This document shows positions 63,999 to 64,000 of a stretch of DNA of 64,000 nt, in pieces (the first letter of the stretch is position 1; each line of letters starts with the position of its first letter). The position numbers and the translations under genes are program-made. Under the pieces are notes generated by a model that worked only from the letters and a program-made list of their open reading frames with translations, was not told where the DNA came from and made no database searches. The DNA is from Somniosus microcephalus (Eukaryota): contig CM126202.1 in assembly GCA_052327205.1 (NCBI GenBank), positions 376,464,001-376,528,000 of the forward strand. Reading direction: 5' to 3'.

Positions 63999-64000
63999 CT

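Larger units (their letters stand above)
59071..64000 (+). mobile_element. Tx1-clade (L1 group) LINE, 5'-complete, continues beyond the window; start approximate
   Basis: About 850-bp 5' UTR, ORF1 with a CCHC knuckle, and ORF2 with APE and RT. Very GC- and CpG-rich. Confidence 0.92.

Overview
This is a vertebrate intergenic or intronic window, most likely from a cartilaginous fish (inferred from the CR1/HER1-type LINEs, a tRNA-Deu-domain SINE and GC-rich Harbinger MITEs). I could not support any host gene exon. The window is dominated by nested transposable elements whose boundaries can be read from target-site duplications (TSDs). It holds four Gypsy-type LTR retrotransposons, four long solo LTRs with 4-bp TSDs, an ERV-like LTR with a tRNA-Leu primer site, three large CR1 LINEs, a decayed two-gene Harbinger with many derived MITEs, and Tx1-clade LINEs at the right end. 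The standout is a young non-autonomous LTR retrotransposon (32758-36305, identical LTRs) with one intact 771-aa ORF. In that ORF, Gag-protease is fused in frame, in place of RT/RNaseH/integrase, to what I recognise as fragments of three unrelated host genes: the STK10/SLK coiled coil, the optineurin coiled coil and the DNAJC21 zinc finger. Other highlights are a MITE inserted in inverted orientation into a near-identical copy of itself, and a Gypsy whose primer-site position is complementary to its own LTR rather than to a tRNA. Protein identifications come from my recall of the sequences, not from a database search.
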